Assembly: GCA_001567515.1 (NCBI GenBank)
Contig: LLEV01000011.1
Span: forward strand, 1-49,651
Direction: 5' to 3'
DNA from: Microgenomates bacterium OLB22
GTDB lineage: Bacteria > Patescibacteriota > Microgenomatia > UBA1406 > HO2-37-13b
Length of the DNA: 49,651 nt
The notes beneath the pieces were generated by a model. The model searched no databases. It was not told the DNA's origin and was given only the letters and a program-made list of their open reading frames with translations. This document shows, piece by piece, positions 30,131 through 40,708 of the stretch. The position numbers were made by a program, and so were the translations under genes. Position 1 is the first letter of the stretch. Every line of letters begins with the position of its first letter.

Positions 30131-30571
30131 ATGTACCTGCTACTTGGCGTCGTCTTTGTATGGATTGTATTTCTTAGTATTTTTTTATGGAGGATCTATG
30201 CCCGACAACGTATATATTTATCTGGAAAAGGAGTTATACATATCGATGAAGTGCTCAATACTATTATTCGAGATCAAGACGATTTGAATCAAACATTAAC
30301 CCATCAAAAGGATCAGTTGCTCGGTCTAGATAAAGATCTGAAGGGAACGTTTTCTCGGCTCGGATTGCATAAGTTTGACTCGTTAGACAATGACAGAGGT
30401 AATTATAGTTTCGCTCTAGCGCTGCTTGATGAACATGACAGCGGGTTGGTCATAAGTGTTTTTCACACCAATGATCGTGTCCACTTGTACCCAAAAAAAG
30501 TTATTAAAGGAACAGCGGATGTAGCTCTTTCACCCGAAGAGGAAAAGGCATTGAAAGACGCGAAAAAGTAG
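30131..30571 (+). CDS. DUF4446 family protein
   Basis: N-terminal TM, coiled coil, GLHKFD, SFALALLD..DSGLVIS, YPK, LSPEEEKAL. Confidence 0.82.
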   Translation: MYLLLGVVFVWIVFLSIFLWRIYARQRIYLSGKGVIHIDEVLNTIIRDQDDLNQTLTHQKDQLLGLDKDLKGTFSRLGLHKFDSLDNDRGNYSFALALLDEHDSGLVISVFHTNDRVHLYPKKVIKGTADVALSPEEEKALKDAKK

Positions 30572-30587
30572 TGCATCATGTACAAGT

Positions 30588-31757
30588 ATGAATAAAACCG
30601 TTGTTCTGATTTCCGCACTTTTATTGAGCATTACCTCAGCTTTTTTTTCATATTCCTACTTTGCACCTACCTCTAGAATATCTATAATAAGCCCGTCGGC
30701 CGACTATGCTGCACCAGTACAAGATGGTAGTGGCGAAGTAACAGAGTTTGAGGGTCCACGAACAGAAGCCTGTCCACTTAATGGAGAGCTTCTTACCAAG
30801 CAGCACAGGAGCTTGTGGGAAACAAGACGCCCAATGGGCGTTATGATAGAAAATCACATCGAAGCTCGTCCTCAATCTGGTCTGCAATCAGCCGATGTCA
30901 TCTATGAGATGGTTGCTGAAGGTGGCATCACTCGATTTCTTTCTGTTTTTTATTGCAAGGACGCATCTTATGTCGGGCCCATTCGCTCCGCTCGTGTTTA
31001 TTTTGTAAAACAGATGCAAGCATTTGGTGAATACCCACTATACGTTCATGTGGGGGGGGCAAATACCCCAGGCCCTGCCGATGCTCTGGGTCTTTTATCG
31101 AAACTTGAATGGGCCAGTTACAACGACCTGAATCAATTCTCCATATCATTCCCCACTTTCTATCGAGACTACGCCCGACTAAAAGATGTTGCCACTGAGC
31201 ACACCATGTACTCATCAACGGCAAAACTCTGGACATATGCTAAGGATAAGAGAAAGCTGACCAATAAGGATGCGTCTGGCGTCTCTTGGGACTCGACATT
31301 TAAGCCCTGGAGTTTTGCTGATAGTGTAGCCGAAACAGCTAACACAAAGCCAGCAACTAGTATCTCATATGGATTTTGGGCGGGTCGGGGAGACTACGGC
31401 GTGTCATGGAAATATGACCCTGCTGGTAAGGTATTCCTACGAGATAATGGCGGGAAAGCGCATGTAGATCATAATACCGACAAGCAGCTTAGGGCTCGAA
31501 ATGTGATAGCTATGTATGTTAAGGAATCGCCGGCAAATGATGGCTACCCGGGAGGACATCTCGTTTACAATGTGGTTGGATCAGGGATCGCCACCATCTT
31601 TCAGGAGGGGCAGGCCATTGATGCTACATGGAGGAAAGCAAAAGAAACAGAAATGGTACGTTTCTTCGACAAGAAGGGGACTGAAATCTCCATGCTGCGA
31701 GGGAACATCTGGATAAGCATCATTCCCCAAGGTAGCAATGAATTGACATACCAATAG
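30588..31757 (+). CDS. DUF3048 (YerB-like) extracytoplasmic protein
   Basis: CPLNG, RPMGVMIENH..ARPQSGL..ADVIYE..AEGGITRF, GPIRSAR, EHTMY, GNIWI. Confidence 0.88.
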   Translation: MNKTVVLISALLLSITSAFFSYSYFAPTSRISIISPSADYAAPVQDGSGEVTEFEGPRTEACPLNGELLTKQHRSLWETRRPMGVMIENHIEARPQSGLQSADVIYEMVAEGGITRFLSVFYCKDASYVGPIRSARVYFVKQMQAFGEYPLYVHVGGANTPGPADALGLLSKLEWASYNDLNQFSISFPTFYRDYARLKDVATEHTMYSSTAKLWTYAKDKRKLTNKDASGVSWDSTFKPWSFADSVAETANTKPATSISYGFWAGRGDYGVSWKYDPAGKVFLRDNGGKAHVDHNTDKQLRARNVIAMYVKESPANDGYPGGHLVYNVVGSGIATIFQEGQAIDATWRKAKETEMVRFFDKKGTEISMLRGNIWISIIPQGSNELTYQ

Positions 31758-31803
31758 CAAAAAAGTATCCTACCGATATTGTTACCCGATACAATCACAG
31801 TCT

Positions 31804-32379
31804 GTGTTAGAAGCCATTATCCCTTCAAAAACAAGAAGAAAAGTACTCGCCTTTTTTTTTGCTAATCAGCAAGAATCTGTCCACTTGCGCAAACTCACAC
31901 GACTAGTAGATGAAGAGATAAATGCTGTAAAAAGAGAAACGGAGATCCTTCGCAAAGCCGGAGCATTGCTCTATGAACGAAGGGCAAATAGGGTCCTCTA
32001 TACATTGAATAAGAAGTGGGAGCTCTATGACGAGTTCTTACGTATCATGGCAAAGGAAGGAGCTACTGGGTCCACATTGCGTAAGATACACTCCAGATTG
32101 GGAAAAGTGAGTTTTGCAGTCGTCTCATACGCCTTCTTAAGAGGGGAGGCCATCCAAGATCATGAAATATATTTCCTATTTGTTGGTATAATTGTCATTC
32201 CAGAAGTCGATGCCTATATTAAGAGTCTCGAAAAAGGATTTCCTTTTGAGGTAAATTACACAGTGATGACAGACGATGAATTTGCATTTCGTAAAAAAAA
32301 TAATGACCCTTTCATTTGGAATTTTTTACACAGTCCCCATGTCTCCCTCCTGGGAGATGAATCAGCAATAACTATATGA
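31804..32379 (+). CDS. Winged-HTH protein with a nucleotidyltransferase-like C-terminal domain
   Basis: SKTRRKVL..FF, HLRKLTR.VDEEINAVKRE, then FLFVG and EVNYTVMT.DEF..RK..NDPF. Confidence 0.75.
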   Translation: MLEAIIPSKTRRKVLAFFFANQQESVHLRKLTRLVDEEINAVKRETEILRKAGALLYERRANRVLYTLNKKWELYDEFLRIMAKEGATGSTLRKIHSRLGKVSFAVVSYAFLRGEAIQDHEIYFLFVGIIVIPEVDAYIKSLEKGFPFEVNYTVMTDDEFAFRKKNNDPFIWNFLHSPHVSLLGDESAITI

Positions 32380-33743
32380 AGCCCCGATTTTCTACCATCT
32401 TTTTTATCTTATTCATAATTCTCTGCGCATGGATTTCTCTGCCACAAAAGCTATCTATCCCCATCCCATTTTCTTCAAAAAAAGACCATCGCGTTACAGT
32501 CGGCTCACCCGTGATTTCAATTCCATTTTTTGGAAAAAAGATAGAAAGAACGTTTGAGACTAAGTTGGGGCTGGATCTGCTAGGTGGCGCTCAACTTGTA
32601 TTTGATGCCGACGTCTCCAAACTTCCCATTCAGGATCGAGATGCCGCACTTCTTTCCGCAAGAGACATTATAGAACGTCGAGTTAATTTCTTTGGAGTTT
32701 CCGAGCCCTCTATACGAATACAGAAGGTCGGTGCCTCATCACGAATCACTGTTGAGCTACCTGGCGTGGAGGATGCCGCGGAAGCGACAGCTCTTATCGG
32801 TCAGACGGCCCAAGTAGATTTCCGAGAATTATCAGACCCTAATGAAAAGATTGCAACAGACACACCAATATTTATGCAGCTGCAGAAAAAGACCGATCTT
32901 AAAGGAGATGATATTAAACGTGCAGTAGCGCAGTTTAGTCAGCAGGATGGCCAGCCAGTGGTGCTTCTGGAGTTACTAGCAAGGGAAGTAAAAAAATTCG
33001 GGGAAATCACAGCAAGAAACATCGGAAAGCCAGTCGGTATTTTTCTAGATGGGGCACCACTACTTACCCCTACAGTACAACAGGAGATTAGAGATCAGGC
33101 AGTGATCTCTGGTGGGTTTACCCTAGATGAAGCCAAATCGCTAGCAATAGCTATTAACTCTGGCGCCTTGCCTGTTCCTATAAAGCTTATCGAAAAGAGG
33201 ACCATTGGCCCCACCCTTGGAGGTGAGCAGGTGGCAGCAAGTATGGTTGCTGGCTTTGTAGGTCTTTTGGGGGTAATGTCGTTTTATGCTTTTATACTAC
33301 GGTCGTTTTTTGGAGTTATTGCCGTTGTAGCATTGACTCTCTATGGAATCATAAGTTACGCACTATTTAAAATAATACCCGTTGTCCTTACCCTTTCAGG
33401 CCTTGCGGGGTTTATTCTTTCCATAGGTATGGCTGTTGATTCGAACATTTTGATTTTCGAACGAATAAAGGAAGAGCTAAAGAAAGGTAAGTCACTTCAG
33501 GTCGCCACGACGTATGGATTTGCGCGCGCTATGGATGCTATCAAAGATGCTAACAGTACAACATTACTCGTCTCATTCATTTTGTTTAATCCATTTAACT
33601 GGTCGTTTTTACCACAGTTTGGGCTGATAAAAGGTTTTGCCGTGACACTGGCCATAGGCGTGGCAACCAGTCTTTTTACAGGAGTCATCATCACTCGCAG
33701 GCTTTTAGAATGGTTTGTTATTGGTTCTTCTAAAAAAGTATGA
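32376..33743 (+). CDS. secD: Protein translocase subunit SecD
   Basis: LGLDLLGG, IERRVNFFGVSEP, SGALP, IGPTLG, LSGLAGFILSIGMAVDSNILIFERIKEE, IKGFAVTL. Confidence 0.95.
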   Translation: MKPRFSTIFFILFIILCAWISLPQKLSIPIPFSSKKDHRVTVGSPVISIPFFGKKIERTFETKLGLDLLGGAQLVFDADVSKLPIQDRDAALLSARDIIERRVNFFGVSEPSIRIQKVGASSRITVELPGVEDAAEATALIGQTAQVDFRELSDPNEKIATDTPIFMQLQKKTDLKGDDIKRAVAQFSQQDGQPVVLLELLAREVKKFGEITARNIGKPVGIFLDGAPLLTPTVQQEIRDQAVISGGFTLDEAKSLAIAINSGALPVPIKLIEKRTIGPTLGGEQVAASMVAGFVGLLGVMSFYAFILRSFFGVIAVVALTLYGIISYALFKIIPVVLTLSGLAGFILSIGMAVDSNILIFERIKEELKKGKSLQVATTYGFARAMDAIKDANSTTLLVSFILFNPFNWSFLPQFGLIKGFAVTLAIGVATSLFTGVIITRRLLEWFVIGSSKKV

Positions 33744-34610
33744 TCTCATTTCTTCGATATAAGATAGTGTATCTACTGATTTCACTTGCTGTCATAGGAA
33801 CGGGGCTATACTTTGCAGGGCTTCACGGCTATAGATTTAGTATCGAGTTTGTAGGAGGAACGCTACTTGATTATCAGATCTCGTCACCAATCTCTAAAGC
33901 AGATTTGATGCTGCTGGCTCAAGAAAATGATATTAAACTGAACGACGTTCTTACAGTTGACAAAAAGGTCTCACTACGAGCAACCCCCATCACAGATCAG
34001 CAGGAGAAATCCTTTAGAGAGGCCATCGTCAAGAAGACAGGTAAGCCGGTAAAGGTTTCGCGATATGAGACAGTAGGGCCGGTCGTGGGAAGGGAGACAT
34101 TAAAGAAGACTGCGTGGGCTATTATGCTAGCTATGGTTGGCATTCTATGCTATATGACTTACGCATTCAAACGCTGGACTCATGGACTTGCAGCTATTTG
34201 TGCTATGCTTCACGATATTGTTGTCGTACTCGGTCTATACGCTGTCTTTGGCTACATCTGGGGAGCCGAGGTGGACCTCTTGTTCGTAACCGCTTTATTG
34301 ACGACATTATCCTTCTCAGTCCACGATACAATCGTGGTATTTGACAAGATTAGAGAATATCAGAGGACTACGAAAGGCACTCTTGAGGAGTTGGCAGATC
34401 GCGCATTGACTCAGACAATGGTAAGATCCATTAATAACTCTCTTACGATCATCCTTATGCTGATCCCACTCTCTTTGTTTGGGGGAGAGCTTATCAGATT
34501 TTTTCTCCATGACGCTTCTTGTTGGGACCATATCAGGAACATATTCGTCACCATTTGTGGCAACTCCTTTGTTTGTCCTTTTTGAGAAACCTTCAACTAA
34601 AAAGAAATGA
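33740..34610 (+). CDS. secF: Protein translocase subunit SecF, reconstructed
   Basis: SIEFVGGT, VGP.VG, LHD, SVHDTIVVFDKIRE, RSINNS. Fixing T6 34499-34504 gives GTYSSPFVATP to a TGA that overlaps the next ATG. Confidence 0.93.
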
Positions 34611-35251
34611 AGATTTGGTGTCGTGAGGTCGGGTCACTTCTTACCAACAGTTATCTTCTTGCATATGGAAAGGAGGCTATCATCATAGACGCCCCAGAGC
34701 TGCCAGAGGAAGTCATAGAGCTTATTGATGTAGAAAAGCTTCGTCTCACGGCAATCCTACTGACCCATGGTCATTTCGATCACGTGTTAGGCGTAGGACA
34801 TCTACAGCATGTCTATCCGACAGTGCCCTCTTTCATAGATCCCAAAGACAGTTTTTTGATAGAGAGGGCAGTTTCATCCGCCAGACACTTCCTCGGCCAT
34901 ATGCCCGTTTCACTACCCATCACTGCAGTGTATGATATCCATAGTTGGAAGTATGGTAGGGGATTTGTTGAGCTAATCTCATTACCAGGGCACACCCCGG
35001 GGAGTGTCGGCTATTACTTTCCGCGGGAAAACATTGTTTTTTCGGGAGATCTTTTTGGGAGAAGGACGATCGGCACGTACACACACAGCTACTCAAGCAA
35101 GAAAGATATGGCCACCTCACTGAGGCGCATCTTAACTTTACCAGGCGACTGTATCGTCTATCCAGGACATGGAACCAGTACAACGATTGAGGACGAGCGA
35201 ATTTTTCTTACTGAAAGGATGCACTATCTAGAGTCTTCAGCACACGCATAA
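34607..35251 (+). CDS. MBL-fold metallo-hydrolase (glyoxalase II-like)
   Basis: TNSY, LLTHGHFDHV, PGHTPGS, FSGD, VYPGHG. Confidence 0.9.
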   Translation: MKIWCREVGSLLTNSYLLAYGKEAIIIDAPELPEEVIELIDVEKLRLTAILLTHGHFDHVLGVGHLQHVYPTVPSFIDPKDSFLIERAVSSARHFLGHMPVSLPITAVYDIHSWKYGRGFVELISLPGHTPGSVGYYFPRENIVFSGDLFGRRTIGTYTHSYSSKKDMATSLRRILTLPGDCIVYPGHGTSTTIEDERIFLTERMHYLESSAHA

Positions 35252-36572
35252 GATCATCCTTTGTATTTGGTACCTGTTCATCGTCAACGAGACGAAACAA
35301 GTGCTTCATGATCTTTCCTACCGTCGGACTAGGAGGGAGCGAAAAAAAAGCCATTATATCAGGGCCCTTGATGGCTAAGTCATGTATAGTAAATGGCTGC
35401 TTCTGTACCTCTTCAAGTCGTTTCTTAAACAACTCAGTTCGCCAAGACGTATCTGGAACACCGGATCCACGTCTGTCGGCGTGACGCAGAGCTAGTATTG
35501 CATCCAAATACTCAATTCCCACATGACTAATAAAACGCCGTAGCGCTTTATCAGTCTGAGACTCTGATACAGAAAACATGTGATATCGTACCAGGGTAAC
35601 TAACTTGTGTTGTTGCTTCTTAGAGAGGCACAGTCGCTGAGCTATCTCCATTGCTTGTCTTGCTCCAACGACTTCATGATTATAGAAGGTTATCGTACCT
35701 GTAGCAGGGTCAACGGCTACAGTCTTAGCTTTACCAATGTCATGTAAAAGTGTAGCAAGGCGCGTCACTGGGTCCGGGTCTGTACAAAAGCGCAGTGATT
35801 TAACAAGGTGTGTTCCGACATCATCTACATGGTGTCTTCCAGGGCTCTTCTGTTCGACCCCAAAGCACTCCATAACCTCAGGCAAGACCACATCTAGTAG
35901 GCGTGTTTCTCTCATAAGCAAGATCCCTTCAGCAGGATATTCACTTCCAAGTATTTTAAGCAACTCATCTCGTACCCTCTCCGAGGAGATCTCCTTTAAA
36001 AGTGGCGCGTGCTCTCTAATTGCTCTTTTGGTTTCATCCTCGATGGTAAAGCACAGTTGGCTTGCCTGGCGAACAGCTCGAAGCATTCGTAGAGCGTCTT
36101 CCTGGAATCTGTCTTGTGGTTTGCCAACGCAACGAATAATACCTTTTTTAAGATCGTGTGCTCCCCCCACCATATCTACGATGTCTTGACCATCGGTTGC
36201 CATTGCGTTGATAGTGAAATCTCTCCGCACAACATCTTCTTCTAGGGAGCTTCCCCACACGACTTGATCAGGGTGTCTATGATCTTGGTAATTTCCATCG
36301 ATACGAAATGGCGTTACCTCAAAGATCTGCTCTTGCTGATCATGGGTCATGGGAATACTAACAGTACCAAAGGGATTATGGTAGAAAGCCTTTGGAAAAA
36401 GGGAAAGTATCTGCTCGGGAGTCGCGCTTGTGGCAAAATCCCAATTAGACGTCTTTCTCTCCATGAGGATATCCCTCACAGCACCTCCGACAAGGTAGAT
36501 CTGGTGCCCTGATGCCCTGATAGTATTCATGAAGTCGATTACATAGTCTGGTAGAATGATCTTCTTACTCAT
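35208..36572 (-). CDS. cca: CCA tRNA nucleotidyltransferase with HD domain
   Basis: YLVGGAVRD, D.ATSATP, RRDFTINAMA, RFQEDALRMLRA, ERVRDEL, LLHDIGK. The tRNAs in the window lack CCA. Confidence 0.88.
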   Translation of the reverse strand: MSKKIILPDYVIDFMNTIRASGHQIYLVGGAVRDILMERKTSNWDFATSATPEQILSLFPKAFYHNPFGTVSIPMTHDQQEQIFEVTPFRIDGNYQDHRHPDQVVWGSSLEEDVVRRDFTINAMATDGQDIVDMVGGAHDLKKGIIRCVGKPQDRFQEDALRMLRAVRQASQLCFTIEDETKRAIREHAPLLKEISSERVRDELLKILGSEYPAEGILLMRETRLLDVVLPEVMECFGVEQKSPGRHHVDDVGTHLVKSLRFCTDPDPVTRLATLLHDIGKAKTVAVDPATGTITFYNHEVVGARQAMEIAQRLCLSKKQQHKLVTLVRYHMFSVSESQTDKALRRFISHVGIEYLDAILALRHADRRGSGVPDTSWRTELFKKRLEEVQKQPFTIHDLAIKGPDIMAFFSLPPSPTVGKIMKHLFRLVDDEQVPNTKDDLMRVLKTLDSASFQ

Positions 36573-36587
36573 ATCCTATTGTATCGC

Positions 36588-38274
36588 ATGAAGAAATCTA
36601 TAACGAAGCAGGCTAGACGTACTATCACAACAGCTATCTCCCCCTACGATATTTTAGAGATGCTCTTGCATGACAGAGGAATTGAAGACCTTTCTACCTA
36701 CCTACAGCCTCCTCATCCCGATAGCATAGAAGAGGCTTTATGGAATACAGAACACGACCAAGGCTCTCTTAATTCTTTTTTTGAACTACTCAAGAAAGTA
36801 AGAGAATCCAAAGGAACTATCGTTATTTATGGAGATTATGATGCTGACGGTATCACCTCCACTACCATTTTATGGAAGGCTTTCAATGAAATGGGCTTTC
36901 GAGTTTTCCCCTATATTCCTAACCGGAAGACAGAAGGATATGGATTTTCACATAAAGGGATCGACCATGTTTGTGAAGTCTATTCGCCGGCATTAGTGTT
37001 GGCTGTTGATCATGGTATAGTAGCCAAGGAGCACGTATCCTACTTCAGAGAAAAGAGAATTCCTGTCGTGATAATTGATCATCACCAAAAAGATCCCGAT
37101 AACTATCCAGATAACGCCCTTTACTTGTTCTATTCCACTGAGTACTCAGCTGCGGCACTATCATATCTTGCTGCCCGACGCATCTATGCATACCTTAGAG
37201 ACTCTGGGCAGCTTACACCTATGCAAGCTGTCTTAGTAAAAAAACTTCTCTCAGCAGATTTACTGGCTCTTGCCGCACTAGGACTAGTGGCCGATGTTAT
37301 CCCTCTGATAGGTGGGGCGCGCTCAGTTGCCTATCATGGACTCAAAGCTTTTTCGCGAATATCTATGCCAGGATTGAAGACGCTATGTGCTATCTCAGGG
37401 GTTGTAAGGAAAGAGCTCCGTTCATATGAGGTGGGTTATTACCTAGCCCCACGTCTTAATGCTTTCGGTCGCATAGGTGAGGCGCTTGATGGTGTCCGTC
37501 TCCTTTGCTCCCCAAACAGTCATATGGCCGAACGTTTTGGAGCCATGGCTCAAGACCTTAATAAAAAACGCCAGATACTTGTTGAGTCTGCTATGAAGTC
37601 TATAGAAGAGACTGTTCATGAGTCTGCGTCCTTTATCGTTGCCTTGGGTGAAGAATGGGAAGAAGGTATACTTGGCCTCATTGCTGGTAAGCTAGTATCT
37701 GCTTATGGTAAGCCCGCAATTGCACTTACCAAAGGGGAAAAGGGATATAAGGCTTCGGGAAGATCGGCTCCTGGCTTTGCAATGACCAAGTTTCTCCGAA
37801 GCCTGCCTGTGTCATTTGCCTCAATCGGGGGACATGATGGTGCGTGTGGGTTGACTATATCGATAGATGAATATCCACGATTACTAGAAACACTATCTCA
37901 GTCTGAGATAGTTATCAATCCACCAAAAGTATCTGCGGATCTCGATATCCCTTTTTCTCATATTACCCACTCCCTTTTTGAGGTCCTGCAGAAAATGGCC
38001 CCCTTTGGGGCAGGTAATCCCGACCCACTCTTTTTTTCGCAATCTACCCTTCATGCCATAAAAAGTTTTGGTAAGACATCGCAGCATCTGATATATTCCT
38101 TTCGTGACGGGTACAATGATTTCCTGGACATCATCCATTTCAATGCTCAAGCGAGCCCGCTTCGTTCAAAAAATGGCGAATCATGTGGCGTTTTTTTTTA
38201 CGGTGGATGAAGATACCTATGGGCACACACTCTCAGCCCGCGGACTCTATCACTCACTACTCACTACGCTTTGA
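36588..38274 (+). CDS. recJ: ssDNA exonuclease RecJ, reconstructed
   Basis: YGDYDADGITS, EGYG, IDHH, VADV.PL, APRLNA.GR, SGRS, GGH, PFGAGNP.P. Slip at T9 38191-38199. Confidence 0.92.
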
Positions 38275-38330
38275 TTTCTGAACTACCGTTTAAGTTGTTA
38301 ATACAGTCTCCGTGACGTATAATCATTTCT

Positions 38331-39759
38331 ATGAAAGATATCTCTGTCATAGACTGTCTACAGCACATAGGAGAAACAATTGAGCTCAAGGCATGGGTCG
38401 CGACAAAAAGGGATCATAGTAAGGTCGTTTTTTTTAGACCTTCGCGATCGTACCGGAATTATTCAATGTGTTGGTGGAGCTGAGCTGAAAGATGTTCCAA
38501 CCGAAGGAGTTCTGAAAGTGAAGGCGCTTATAAAGGAACGGCCTGAGCGAATGATAAACCCTCACGTCACCACGGGTTCTATCGAGCTGGAGATCCTCGC
38601 CCACGAAATTTTATCTCGATCTGAGACAATCCCTTTTCCTATTGATACTGATGGTTATGAGATCGATGAAGAGTTGCGATTGAGACATCGATACATAGAC
38701 CTTCGCCGCACCCGCATGACACACAACATGCTGATGCGCTCAAAAGTTTTGCTGTGGCTCCGCAACTATCTTTCTGCCCTGCAATTTGTAGAGATAGAGA
38801 CTCCTATTTTGACAAAGTCCACTCCTGAGGGGGCGCGTGACTTTGTTGTCCCATCACGACTCCAACAGGGAAAGTGGTATGCTCTTCCTCAATCGCCACA
38901 GCAATACAAACAGATGCTTATGGTTGCGGGATTCGAACGCTATTTCCAGGTGGCACGTTGCTTTAGGGATGAAGATCCACGAGCTGATCGAGCCTATGGC
39001 GAATTTACACAACTTGATATAGAGATGTCTTTCGTTAGCCAAGAAGATCTTCTCAGACTGACCGAGGACATGTTTACAAGTCTTGTCAGAGAGCTGTTTC
39101 CAGAAAAGACCATCTCTGCCTCTCCGTGGCCGCGACTCAGCCATGCCCTGGCACAAGAAAAATATCAGACAGACAAGCCAGATCTACGCAAAGATCCAAA
39201 GAACCCTGATGAGCTTGCGTTTTGCTGGGTTATTGATTATCCGCTTTTTACTACCCAATCTAAAGAAGACTATTTTCATGGATCTGGCTCGGCAAACTTA
39301 GCTCCAAGCCATCATATGTTTACCGCCCCCCACCCCGATGACGTGACACTTCTAGATACAGCTCCAGCTAAGGTGCGTGGGTTACAGCATGACCTCGTCC
39401 TCAATGGATTTGAAGTTGGGGGTGGCAGTATCAGAATTCATGACCCCGTGATACAGCAAAAAGTTTTTGATATCATTGGTTTTAGCAAAGAAGATAGTGC
39501 GCAGTTTGGCTACCTCATGCAGGCATTTTCGTATGGCGTTCCTCCTCATGGTGGGATCGCACCAGGAATCGACAGGTTTCTTATGGCGCTGCTTGGCGAG
39601 CCTTCTGTCCGAGAAGTCATTGCGTTCCCAATGACTTCAGGAGGTACAACTGCCGTTATGGATGCCCCATCCATGATCTCATTACAACAGAGCGAAGAAT
39701 TGGGTTTACTACATAATGGCAAAAAAACAGAAAAAATCGAACAAAAAGGTAACAGCTAA
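38331..39759 (+). CDS. aspS: Aspartate-tRNA ligase (GAD-less, probably non-discriminating), reconstructed
   Basis: Fixing T8 38428-38435 gives AWVATKRDHSKVVFLDLRDRTG. Also TPEGARDF, LPQSPQ, CFRDED, GGGSIRIH, PPHGGIAPGIDR. Confidence 0.95.
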
Positions 39760-40703
39760 AGCCTTCGCCATCTCCTTTTCGTATCTTCGAAAGCCATTCT
39801 ATGTACTAGGTATCCTTATCATCTCCCTGGGGCTAGTAATGTACAAGGGTACCGCAAAAGAGACCGATTCCACTACCCAACCACTCTACAGACTACAAGC
39901 TAATGTCAAAGCCCATATCAGGCAAGAAAAACGCGTGCCTGTAATAGCTGTCCCACTTGAAACTCTGACATCAGAGAGCTATTACATCGTAGATATCCCT
40001 AGTGGAGATGCAATTGCGACCAATAATGAGTTAGTAGAGCGGTATCCTGCCTCTACGACCAAGGTAATTACAGCACTTGTTGCTCTTCAGGAGTTTGGCC
40101 CCGAGTCAGTACTCGAAGTCAAAAGAGAGTTTACAGAGGGACAGACAGCCAAGTTTGTGGTTGGAGAGAGGTTGACCCTGGAAAACATCCTTCATGCACT
40201 ACTCATTCATTCTGCAAATGATGCTGCTTATCTGATAGCGGACAACTATCCTGGGGGTTATGATTCGTTTATCGCCGCGATGAATACTTATGCTACTAAA
40301 CTGGGTATGACCAATACACATTTTCTCAATCCTGCAGGATTAGATCAGGATGGGCACCATAGCAGCGCATATGACATGAGTCTAGCCGGCCGTGCTTTTT
40401 TGAAGAATCCATTTCTTAAAAAAAATCGTAGGTATCAAAAGTATTACTATCTCCGATGTCACTTACTCTTACTTTCATCCCTTGTACAATGTCAATCAGT
40501 TACTGGGTCAGATCCCAGGGATAGCAGGGCTCAAGACGGGATACACAGAGCTGGCTGGGGAAAACCTGATCACCTATTATCGACGGGGTGATCACGAAGC
40601 ACTTATTGTCTTGTTGAAAAGCAAAGACCGCTTTGGGGATACCCGTAAGATAGTCCAATGGATCACTTCCCAGGTGCGTTATGAAATGCGAGTGGTTGAC
40701 TGA
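39716..40703 (+). CDS. D-alanyl-D-alanine carboxypeptidase (peptidase S11), reconstructed
   Basis: PASTTK (SxxK), SANDAA (SxN), NPAGLD, GLKTGYT (KTG). Slip at A8 40418-40425. Confidence 0.92.
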
Positions 40704-40708
40704 AGGGG

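Noticed and set aside
9646-34610. TGA recoding (genetic code 25) as in some CPR lineages
   Set aside because: TGA ends rny, secD and secF at the expected positions, with ATGA overlaps, and no conserved gene shows an internal TGA.
38221-38268. CACT/CACTAC micro-repeats after recJ
   Set aside because: Short, low-complexity and inside the reconstructed recJ C-terminus.
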